Source: Candidatus Parcubacteria bacterium (lineage in GTDB: Bacteria > Patescibacteriota > Minisyncoccia > Minisyncoccales > JAGLUP01). Taken from it: DNA of 64,000 nucleotides. This document shows, piece after piece, positions 44,613 through 51,892 of the stretch. The notes under the pieces were generated by a model. That model was given only the letters and a program-made list of their open reading frames with translations. It was not told the DNA's origin and made no database searches. The stretch lies in the NCBI GenBank assembly GCA_023134715.1, contig JAGLUP010000003.1, positions 2,019-66,018 of the forward strand, given 5' to 3'. How positions within the stretch are numbered: the first letter of the stretch is position 1; each line of letters opens with the position of its first letter. Position numbers and translations under genes: made by a program.

Positions 44613-44942
44613 ATGGATTGTCTTTTTTGTAAAATTGTTAATAAAGAGATTTCTTCAGAAATTATTTACGAAGATGAAGAAATTTTAGTGCTTAAAGATA
44701 CAAATCCTAAAGCGGCAATTCATTTTTTAATTGTTCCCAAAAAGCATATTGAATCAATCAATCATTTACAAGAATCTGACAGAGAGATTATTAGTAATTT
44801 AATTTTTACGGCTAAGAAAATAGCAAAAGAGAAAAGTATTGAAGGTTATAAATTAGTTTTCAATGTTGGCAGAAAAGGAGGCCAAATAATTGACCACATT
44901 CACCTTCATTTTTTAGCCGGAGAATTAGCGCAAACACCATAA
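44613..44942 (+). CDS. HIT-family (histidine triad) protein
   Basis: 109 aa. CLFCKIV start, HIHLHFL triad. Confidence 0.85.
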   Translation: MDCLFCKIVNKEISSEIIYEDEEILVLKDTNPKAAIHFLIVPKKHIESINHLQESDREIISNLIFTAKKIAKEKSIEGYKLVFNVGRKGGQIIDHIHLHFLAGELAQTP

Positions 44943-45110
44943 AAAACTAAAAACTAAAAACGAAAAATGAAAAACGACAAAGAAAAATTAAAAATTTTTT
45001 AAAAATAATAAATAATAAATAATAAATAATAAATAATAAATAATAAATAATAAATTAAAAATTTTAGATTTTAGATTGTGATTTTACATTTTTCATTTTC
45101 TATTTTTAAT
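44942..45110. repeat. composite heptamer-repeat element: (AAAAACT-like)x5, (ATAATAA)x7 core, inverted (ATTTTAG-like)x7
   Basis: Left array 44942..44976, perfect (ATAATAA)7 at 45005..45053, right array 45061..45110. The arms are approximately reverse-complementary (for example CGAAAAATGAAAAACG vs CATTTTTCATTTTCT). Confidence 0.8.
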
Positions 45111-45124
45111 TTAGCGAAGCGTTT

Positions 45125-45361
45125 ATGCCTTTAGAAATCAAAAAAAAGGAAAGAGAGACATCTCAAAGTTTAATTCACCGTTTTTCACAAAGAATGCGAA
45201 GAAGCGGGATTTTGCGTCGGGCAAGAGAAATAAGGTTTAGGGAGCGCTCTTTGAGTCGTCAATTGAGAAAAAAAGCCGCTCTTAGAAGAGAAGAGCTTAA
45301 AAAAGAATACGAGAAACTGGAAAAACTTGGTAAGCCAAAAATTGGCAAATCAAGAAAGTAA
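45125..45361 (+). CDS. rpsU: ribosomal protein bS21
   Basis: 78 aa, very basic. SLIHRFSQRMRRSGILRRAREIRFRERS pattern typical of S21. Confidence 0.75.
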   Translation: MPLEIKKKERETSQSLIHRFSQRMRRSGILRRAREIRFRERSLSRQLRKKAALRREELKKEYEKLEKLGKPKIGKSRK

Positions 45362-45373
45362 TAAATTTATTAA

Positions 45374-46150
45374 ATGAGGAAAAATAACAAACTTCAAAAA
45401 GGTTTTACCCTCATTGAGTTATTGGTGGCCATTGCAATTATTGGCATTTTAGCGAATTTAATTTTAATTAATTTTAAAGATAGCAAAAAGAAAGCAGAGA
45501 TTGCTAAAGTTTTACAATGGAGCAATAGTAGTATTTATCATATGCTTGGAGCTAATTCTATGGGAGTTTGGAAATTTAATGGAAACCTCAACGATGCTTC
45601 TGGAAATAGAAATAGCTGCAGTATTACTGGGGACGCCGGTTATGTTTCCGGAGTAGCAGGACAGGGATTAGAATTTGACGGAACAGGAGATTATGTTAGT
45701 TGTCCAGATGATGATAGTTTAGATCCTATTAATGAGGCCACTATTGAAGCATGGATTTATTTGAGAAATTCTGGAGCTGGCAGCCAAATAATAGTTTCTA
45801 AAAGTGATTCCAATTACAGCGTTAAATATAATTCCGCGACCGGGAAAATAGATTTTGTTCTTTTTTGCAATACGATTTCCTCTGATTCAGCTATATCTTC
45901 AAATAGCTGGACTCATATTGCAGCTATAAAAGGGGCAAGCGATGAAATGAGATTATATATAAATGGAGAAAAGCAATTAGCTGTAAATAGCTGTTCGCAC
46001 CCTCTTCAATCTGCCACCCCTCTTTATATAGGAGGAGACGGAACTAATGACTTTGAGGGCATTATTGATGAAGTGAGAATTTATAGTGAGGGATTTTCAG
46101 AAAATATAGCTCGCGAACATTATTTAAAAGGCGAATTAACTCATAGATAA
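45374..46150 (+). CDS. type IV pilin-like protein with LamG-type lectin head (second copy of this architecture)
   Basis: KGFTLIELLVAIAIIGIL prepilin motif. GQGLEFDGTGDYV, WTHIAAIKG, FEGIIDEVRIYS. Confidence 0.8.
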   Translation: MRKNNKLQKGFTLIELLVAIAIIGILANLILINFKDSKKKAEIAKVLQWSNSSIYHMLGANSMGVWKFNGNLNDASGNRNSCSITGDAGYVSGVAGQGLEFDGTGDYVSCPDDDSLDPINEATIEAWIYLRNSGAGSQIIVSKSDSNYSVKYNSATGKIDFVLFCNTISSDSAISSNSWTHIAAIKGASDEMRLYINGEKQLAVNSCSHPLQSATPLYIGGDGTNDFEGIIDEVRIYSEGFSENIAREHYLKGELTHR

Positions 46151-46153
46151 ATT

Positions 46154-47377
46154 ATGCCGCAATCTCATATAATTACTGCCGTAGATATAGGAACTGACAG
46201 CATTAAAACTTTAGTAGTTAAGAAAAATAATGGAGATTCAGATCTTGAGGTTTTAGATATTATTTTTACTTCTTCTTTAGGTATGAGAAAAGGAGTTGTC
46301 GTTAACCCGGATAAGGTTTCTAAAAATCTTCAAAACTCAATAGCTGAAATCAGGGAACCACTTAGACAAAGCTTTAACGGTATTTATACAAATATTGGAG
46401 GCAACCATCTTTTTGTCACCTCAAGTCACGGATTAGTTTCTGTGTCCAGAGCTGACCAAAAGATTTCTCGAGAAGATATTAATCGAGTAATCCAAGCTGC
46501 TGAAGTGGTAAACTTGCCTCTTAATAATGAAATTTTAGAAACTTTTCCCAAGGAGTTTATTATAGACGGTCAGAAAGGAATAAAAGAACCATTAGGCATG
46601 AGAGGATTAAGATTAGAGGTTGAAATTTTAGCTCTTTGTGTTTTTTCTCCTTATTTAAAAAATTTAACTCAGGCGATTTTAGATTCTAATCTTCAAATAA
46701 ACGATGTAATTTTTTCTCCTTTAGCCGCGGCTCAAGCCGTGCTTACTCCTCAACAAAAAGAAGTTGGGGTGGCCTTAATAGATATCGGAGCGGGGGCTAC
46801 GAGCTTGGCAGTATTTGAGGAGGGAAATTTAATTCATACAGCTGTTTTTCCTTTAGGTTCTATTAATATTACTAATGATATTGCCATTGGCTTGCGGACT
46901 GAAATTGATATTGCCGAGAGAATAAAGAAAGAGTTTGGCTCTTGTTTGCTTCAAAAAAATAATAAAAAAGAAAAGATTAAAATTCCCCAATTAAAAGAGC
47001 CGTTGGTATTTTCCAAGAAAATGTTAGCTGAGATTATTGAAGCCAGGATTGAAGAAATTCTTGATTTAGTAAATAAAGATTTAAAAAAGATTTCTCGCCA
47101 GGGATTATTGCCGGCAGGAATAGTTTTAACCGGAGGAGGGGCGAAATTGCCTAAAATTGTTGAATTAACAAAAAAAGAATTAAAACTTCCTGTTAGGATC
47201 GGGATTCCCAAAGGAATTTCCGGCATAGAAGAAGATCCTACCTTAGCCACAGTTTGCGGGCTTGCTTTGAGAGGAGCTGAGTCAGACGATGACGGGCATT
47301 TTTCTGATATTGGGAAGGGAGCTGTTAAGGAGGTTATTGGTAGAATAAAAAAAATACTCAAAACCTTTATTCCTTAA
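46154..47377 (+). CDS. ftsA: cell division protein FtsA
   Basis: 407 aa. ITAVDIGTDSIK, IDIGAGATSLAVF, actin-like fold pattern, VLTGGGAKLP. Confidence 0.9.
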   Translation: MPQSHIITAVDIGTDSIKTLVVKKNNGDSDLEVLDIIFTSSLGMRKGVVVNPDKVSKNLQNSIAEIREPLRQSFNGIYTNIGGNHLFVTSSHGLVSVSRADQKISREDINRVIQAAEVVNLPLNNEILETFPKEFIIDGQKGIKEPLGMRGLRLEVEILALCVFSPYLKNLTQAILDSNLQINDVIFSPLAAAQAVLTPQQKEVGVALIDIGAGATSLAVFEEGNLIHTAVFPLGSINITNDIAIGLRTEIDIAERIKKEFGSCLLQKNNKKEKIKIPQLKEPLVFSKKMLAEIIEARIEEILDLVNKDLKKISRQGLLPAGIVLTGGGAKLPKIVELTKKELKLPVRIGIPKGISGIEEDPTLATVCGLALRGAESDDDGHFSDIGKGAVKEVIGRIKKILKTFIP

Positions 47378-47422
47378 GATAAAGGTCGTGTCATTTTGTA
47401 ATTAAAAGATATAAAATTTTAT

Positions 47423-47962
47423 ATGATTTGTCCAAATTGTAAAAAAGAGACCTTAAAAAAAATTACTTTTCATAAAAATAAAGTAGATATATGCAAAGAA
47501 TGCCATGGGATTTGGTTTGATAAAGATGAGTTAAGGAAAGCAAAGGACGAGAAAGACCAATACTTAAAGTGGTTAGATGTTGACCTTTGGAAAGAAAAAA
47601 AAGAATTTCAAGCTTCTTCTTCTCAAAAAGTATGTCCCCTATGTAAAAAGAATCTTTATGAGATAAAATACGGAAAATCTAATATCAAAATAGATATTTG
47701 TAATTCATGCAAGGGGGTTTGGCTTGATAAAGGAGAATTTAAAAAAATTATAATTTATTTGGAAAATATAGTAAATACTGAAACTTTATCTCAATATTTT
47801 AAAGATATGCTTGAAGAAGCAAAAGAGATTTTTACGGGACCGGAAGAGTTGTCTTCAGAAATCAAAGATTTTTTTATAGTCACGAAACTGCTTCAATATA
47901 GATTTTGCGTTCAATATCCAATAATTAATGATATAATTCTTAATCTCCCGTTTACTAAATAA
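47423..47962 (+). CDS. protein with two zf-TFIIB-type zinc ribbons
   Basis: 179 aa. CPNC...CKECHGIWFDKDEL and CPLC...CNSCKGVWLDKGEF. Confidence 0.6.
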   Translation: MICPNCKKETLKKITFHKNKVDICKECHGIWFDKDELRKAKDEKDQYLKWLDVDLWKEKKEFQASSSQKVCPLCKKNLYEIKYGKSNIKIDICNSCKGVWLDKGEFKKIIIYLENIVNTETLSQYFKDMLEEAKEIFTGPEELSSEIKDFFIVTKLLQYRFCVQYPIINDIILNLPFTK

Positions 47963-47984
47963 ATTATAATAAATTAAAAAAGTA

Positions 47985-48173
47985 ATGACAAATAATTTAG
48001 CGATAACAATATGTGATGCAGGATGGGCAAGCGGGTGTGGTCGAATGCATCCATGGTATAATAAAATAATATGTGCCATAGAATGTTTTCCTGAATATTT
48101 TTTATTAATTCCCATAATTATTGCAATAATCATAGTAGTTTTATATGTCGTCAGAAAGAAAAAGAATACTTAA
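47985..48173 (+). CDS. hypothetical 62-aa protein with C-terminal TM helix
   Basis: Track ORF only, no recognised motif. Its status as a real gene is uncertain. Confidence 0.25.
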   Translation: MTNNLAITICDAGWASGCGRMHPWYNKIICAIECFPEYFLLIPIIIAIIIVVLYVVRKKKNT

Positions 48174-48232
48174 AATTTTTATTCCTTAAGAAATTTGATT
48201 TTTATAGAAAAATTTGTTAAAATTAAAATAAT

Positions 48233-48478
48233 ATGAAGAAAATATTTCGGTACAATGTTATTTTCCGACCAGAACCAGAAGGCGGTTTTACAGTAATTGT
48301 TCCCAGCTTGCCTGGCTGTATTAGTTATGGAAAGGATTTGAAACAGGCAAAGGAAATGGCTATAGACGCGATTAAAGGATATATAGTTAGTTTAAAAAAA
48401 CATAAAGAGCCAGTTCCTACTGACGAGGAAGATTTTTTTACTTCAGTAGAAATTAAAAGAACTCCCGCTTATGCCTAA
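48233..48478 (+). CDS. hicB: HicB-family antitoxin (UPF0150)
   Basis: 81 aa. PEPEGGFTVIVPSLPGCISYGKDLKQAKEMA. Promoter TTGATT(48195)-N17-TAAAAT ends 9 nt before the ATG. Confidence 0.8.
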   Translation: MKKIFRYNVIFRPEPEGGFTVIVPSLPGCISYGKDLKQAKEMAIDAIKGYIVSLKKHKEPVPTDEEDFFTSVEIKRTPAYA

Positions 48479-48703
48479 ACTTCCCAATATTACTCCTAAA
48501 AATTAGTAAAAGTTTTAAAAGATTTTGGTTTCCAGATAGATCATACTACTGGAAGCCATTTTATTTTCTATAATTTTGAAAATAAAAAGAGAGCGGTAAT
48601 TCCCTATCACACTAAAGACCTGCCAAAAGGAACATTAATGAGCATTTTAAGAGAAGCAGGCATTAGCAAAAAAGAATTTGAAAAAGCAATAAAAAACAAG
48701 TAA
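48471..48703 (+). pseudogene. hicA: HicA-family toxin gene interrupted by a 1-nt frameshift in an A5 run
   Basis: Frame 1: MPKLPNITPKN-stop. Adding one A restores ...PKKLVKVLKDFGFQIDHTTGSHFIFYNFENKKRAVIPYHTKDLPKGTLMSILREAGISKKEF, a full HicA. Confidence 0.75.
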
Positions 48704-48704
48704 A

Positions 48705-48878
48705 ATGAAGTTAATAAAAAGAAATCCGAATGTGAATAACCAAACTCAATCTAAATTATTTTCATTTTTTAATAAACCAGTTTCTACTCACGCGGGAATC
48801 GCAATCATTATGGTTGCGTTTTCCGTTTTTGGAGTAAAGGATTTGATTTTTAGGGAAAAATTTGTTAAAGTAAAATAA
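48705..48878 (+). CDS. 57-aa ORF: duplicated 5' fragment of the 49362 membrane-protein gene reading through into the next cassette promoter
   Basis: MKLIKRNPNVNNQTQSKLFSFFNKPVSTHAGIAIIMVAFSVFGVKDLIFREKFVKVK. 48791..48823 is identical to 49421..49453. Confidence 0.6.
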   Translation: MKLIKRNPNVNNQTQSKLFSFFNKPVSTHAGIAIIMVAFSVFGVKDLIFREKFVKVK

Positions 48879-48882
48879 AAAT

Positions 48883-49116
48883 ATGATAATATTTACTCAG
48901 CATGCTTTATTGAAATTAGAGCAGAGAAATATTCCCAAATTACTGGTTGTGAAAACATTAGAATTCCCTGATTATGAATTTGATAGTTATGGTGAAAGAG
49001 GAATTGTTTATAAAAAATTTAGCAAATTATATCTGAAAGTGATTTATATGAAAGAAGGGGGGAATATTATCGTTATTACCCAATATTGGGAAGAAAAACC
49101 AAGATTAATAAAATAA
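48883..49116 (+). CDS. DUF4258-family putative toxin
   Basis: 77 aa. MIIFTQHALLKLEQRNI...IIVITQYW pattern. Promoter TTGATT(48843)-N17-TAAAGT. Confidence 0.65.
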   Translation: MIIFTQHALLKLEQRNIPKLLVVKTLEFPDYEFDSYGERGIVYKKFSKLYLKVIYMKEGGNIIVITQYWEEKPRLIK

Positions 49117-49136
49117 TTTAAAGGAATATAAAAAAT

Positions 49137-49346
49137 ATGGAAATTACTTATGACTCAAAAGCTGACGCAATGAATATTACTTTTAAGAGAGGCAAAGTTG
49201 ATAAAACTTTGGAAGTCGCTCCAGAGATAATTTTTGATTTAGACAAAAATGGCGAACCTTTATATTTAGAAATTCTTGGAGCCAGCAAGAAAATAGGCAA
49301 GCAAAAAGTAAATGAAATTTTAATGAGAAATCTTGTGTCCGCTTAA
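49137..49346 (+). CDS. DUF2283-family putative antitoxin
   Basis: 69 aa. ITYDSKADAMNITF...DLDKNGEPLYLEILGASK. Confidence 0.65.
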   Translation: MEITYDSKADAMNITFKRGKVDKTLEVAPEIIFDLDKNGEPLYLEILGASKKIGKQKVNEILMRNLVSA

Positions 49347-49361
49347 ATTAGTTTTAAAGAT

Positions 49362-50582
49362 ATGAACATCCGAAATCAATCTAATTTACTTTCATTTTTC
49401 AATAAACGACTCTCTGCTCGCGCGGGAATCGCAATCATTATGGTTGCGTTTTCTATTTGCGCGGGAATTCTGGTTTGGCAAGCGGAATTATTGAAACAGG
49501 AAATGAGGGCATTAGAAATGGTTCCAGAATCAAAAGAAAAAACCAAGATATACTTAACCATAGACGCTCTTGAAAATGCTAAATATTATGTTGTTGCGTA
49601 TGGTGAAACAGTTTTGCTTAAAGATGGTTATTATCGAGAGGAACATCCTGGAATGGCATCTGGATTGGAAGTTGCTATTTATAAAAATAAGATAGTTTTT
49701 GGCGATTTGAATAATGACGGAAAAAAGGATGCCGCTGTGATTTTACGTAGCAGTGGAGGAGGAAGCGGTGATTTTCGCGAGCTGGCTATTATGATAAATG
49801 AAGACGGAAAACCCAATTATTTTATTTCAAAAGAATTAGGGGATAGAGTAATAATAGATTCTATAACCATACAATCAGGAATAATTGTTCTTGATATGAT
49901 TGTTCACGGTCCTAGCGATGGTTTGTGTTGCCCTACATTAAAAAAGATAGGTAGATACAAATTATCTAAAGATCAATTATTAGAGATGACAGAAGACGAA
50001 ACTATGAATTGGAAAACTTATATAAATGAAGAATATGAGTTTGAGATAAAATATCCGTCCAAGTATGAGATTTCTAAAATGACCGCAACAGATGTTGCTC
50101 CTGCAATTAAAGCAGATTCGTATGCTCAAATAATCTTTAGAGATTTAACAGGATTTTTTACAAAAGAAGAAATAGACCAGAAAAAAATCAATTCAGAAAA
50201 AATAATAGTAGGGGGGATAGAAGCATTTCGTTCTTCTTTAGGAGGAAATATGGATAGCGGAATAGAATTTTTTGTTTCATTTTACGATTATCCGAAAAAA
50301 GGAATGATTTTTAATATCCTTTTTTCTACTCATCAGCCCGAAAGAGAAGAAGAAATAAATACTTTTAATCAAATGCTTTCTACTTTTAAGTTTATTGAAA
50401 AAATTCCTGAAATATTGAAATCTCCACTAATTGGTGCTCCTGAAGAAATCGAAAAGGCTAAATTAGAATTTTGTCGAGAGGTTTGTAAGGCCTGGCTAGG
50501 AAAAATGGTGGAAGATTCAAAATGTGAATTGCAAACGGGTGAAGTTTATTCTTGCGAAGAGCTGATTGAAAAATTACGTTAA
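49362..50582 (+). CDS. membrane-anchored extracytoplasmic protein of unknown function (full-length copy of the duplicated 5' end)
   Basis: 406 aa. N-terminal signal anchor AGIAIIMVAFSICAGILVW, a GDLNNDGKKDAAVIL (FG-GAP/VCBS-like) segment and WKTYINEEYEFEIKYP. Confidence 0.6.
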   Translation: MNIRNQSNLLSFFNKRLSARAGIAIIMVAFSICAGILVWQAELLKQEMRALEMVPESKEKTKIYLTIDALENAKYYVVAYGETVLLKDGYYREEHPGMASGLEVAIYKNKIVFGDLNNDGKKDAAVILRSSGGGSGDFRELAIMINEDGKPNYFISKELGDRVIIDSITIQSGIIVLDMIVHGPSDGLCCPTLKKIGRYKLSKDQLLEMTEDETMNWKTYINEEYEFEIKYPSKYEISKMTATDVAPAIKADSYAQIIFRDLTGFFTKEEIDQKKINSEKIIVGGIEAFRSSLGGNMDSGIEFFVSFYDYPKKGMIFNILFSTHQPEREEEINTFNQMLSTFKFIEKIPEILKSPLIGAPEEIEKAKLEFCREVCKAWLGKMVEDSKCELQTGEVYSCEELIEKLR

Positions 50583-50712
50583 TAAGAACCTCCTTTTAAA
50601 ACTTTACTTTTTTGGCTACTTTTCAGTTTTTGGAATGAAGAAAATTTGACAAAGTTTTTGGAAAGGGTTAAAATTAAAGTAAGGAATGAAAAATAAGTAA
50701 GATTTAAATTTT

Positions 50713-50952
50713 ATGACTTACTCAACAACAATTACTAAAAAAGGACAAATTACTATCCCTAAAGAAATTAGGGAAATTTTGAGGTTGAAAGAAGGAGAAA
50801 GGATTTTTTTGGAAGTTGAAAAGAAGAAAAAGGAAATAAGAATTAAGTCAGAGCCAAGCATTTTTGAATTAGCAGGCAAGTTTAAGCCCAAAAAAGTAGA
50901 AAACGCTGTGAAGCTTCGGGAAAAAATGGCAAAAATGTATAAGCCCCGATAA
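50713..50952 (+). CDS. vapB: AbrB/SpoVT-fold antitoxin (VapB-like)
   Basis: 79 aa. ITKKGQITIPKEIREILRLKEGERIFLEV. Promoter TTGACA(50646)-N17-TAAAAT. Confidence 0.8.
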   Translation: MTYSTTITKKGQITIPKEIREILRLKEGERIFLEVEKKKKEIRIKSEPSIFELAGKFKPKKVENAVKLREKMAKMYKPR

Positions 50953-50957
50953 TTTTT

Positions 50958-51386
50958 ATGGAATATTTTATTGATACTAATATTTTTTTGAGGATTTTAG
51001 CCAAAGAAGATGAAAAGAGCTTTAGAGAGTGTTATTCTTTTTTAAAATTAGTGGAAATAAAACAAATCAAGGCAGTTACTTCTCCCTTAGTTTTAGCAGA
51101 AATAGATTGGGTTTTAGAGAATTTTTATAAATATAAGAAAGCAGAAGCAGTTAAGGCATTAAAAAGTATTTCAAAGCTGAGAGGACTAAAGATAATTAGT
51201 GATGTAAATATTTTTTTAGCAGTAGAGATTTATAAAAATCATTCTATCAAATTTATTGACGCTCTTATCGCTTCTAATTCTAAAATTATAAAAAAAGAGA
51301 TAATGATTGTTTCTTATGACAAGGATTTTGATAAAATAAAAGTAATCAGAAAAGAGCCCAGAGAACTAATTAAAAAGATAAAATAA
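50958..51386 (+). CDS. vapC: PIN-domain toxin (VapC-like)
   Basis: 142 aa. YFIDTNIFLRIL start, later acidic residues (AEIDW, FIDAL, YDKDFD). Confidence 0.8.
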   Translation: MEYFIDTNIFLRILAKEDEKSFRECYSFLKLVEIKQIKAVTSPLVLAEIDWVLENFYKYKKAEAVKALKSISKLRGLKIISDVNIFLAVEIYKNHSIKFIDALIASNSKIIKKEIMIVSYDKDFDKIKVIRKEPRELIKKIK

Positions 51387-51388
51387 TT

Positions 51389-51565
51389 ATGGATAGTCAA
51401 ACCCAATCTAATTTATCTTTATTTTTTAACAAACGAATTTCTACTCTTTTAGGATTCGCAATCATTATGATTGCGATTTTAATTTGTGTAGGAATTTTGT
51501 CTAAGCAATATTTACAAATGGCGAGAGCAGAAATCAAAATGCTTGAAATAAAGGTGTCGGAATAA
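51389..51565 (+). CDS. 58-aa ORF: truncated paralogue of the 49362 gene 5' end
   Basis: MDSQTQSNLSLFFNKRISTLLGFAIIMIAILICVGILSKQYLQMARAEIKMLEIKVSE aligns with residues 1-55 of the 49362 product, then stops. Confidence 0.55.
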   Translation: MDSQTQSNLSLFFNKRISTLLGFAIIMIAILICVGILSKQYLQMARAEIKMLEIKVSE

Positions 51566-51675
51566 GCAATGCCAGAAACAAAATTTAATGATTTTTTAGA
51601 TTTAATTTAAAGAGAGCCGGGAAAAGCTCTTTTTTGTTGATTTAAGGTTTTTAATTTGGTAGAATTAGATAAAGT

Positions 51676-51891
51676 ATGAAAAATTATAAAATTATAAAAA
51701 AGAATAAATTGCAAAGACGCAGAGAACTCACGCGAGCTTTTCTTTTGTATAATTTTTTGAAACTTTCTCGTCGTGAAAAAGAAAAATATTTCAATAAACA
51801 GGTCCCGGAAGTAATATTGCGGACAATGAAGCTTGAGGGCGAGAAAATAAGTCGTCAAGATATTAAAAAATTATTAAAGTCCAGTTTTTGA
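51676..51891 (+). CDS. VbhA-like Fic antitoxin carrying the (S/T)xxxE(G/N) inhibitory motif
   Basis: 71 aa. TMKLEG matches the inhibitory-helix motif. Sits immediately upstream of fic. Promoter TTGATT(51637)-N17-TAGAAT ends 10 nt before the ATG. Confidence 0.6.
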   Translation: MKNYKIIKKNKLQRRRELTRAFLLYNFLKLSRREKEKYFNKQVPEVILRTMKLEGEKISRQDIKKLLKSSF

Positions 51892-51892
51892 A

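Noticed and set aside
44942-45110. CRISPR array or other spacer-repeat locus
   Set aside because: The units are 7-nt tandem repeats with no unique spacers, and no cas genes are in the window.
48471-48703. Programmed -1 ribosomal frameshift in hicA
   Set aside because: The site (CCT AAA AAT) is not a canonical X XXY YYZ slippery heptamer, and no downstream stimulatory structure is evident. A pseudogene or homopolymer error is the simpler explanation.
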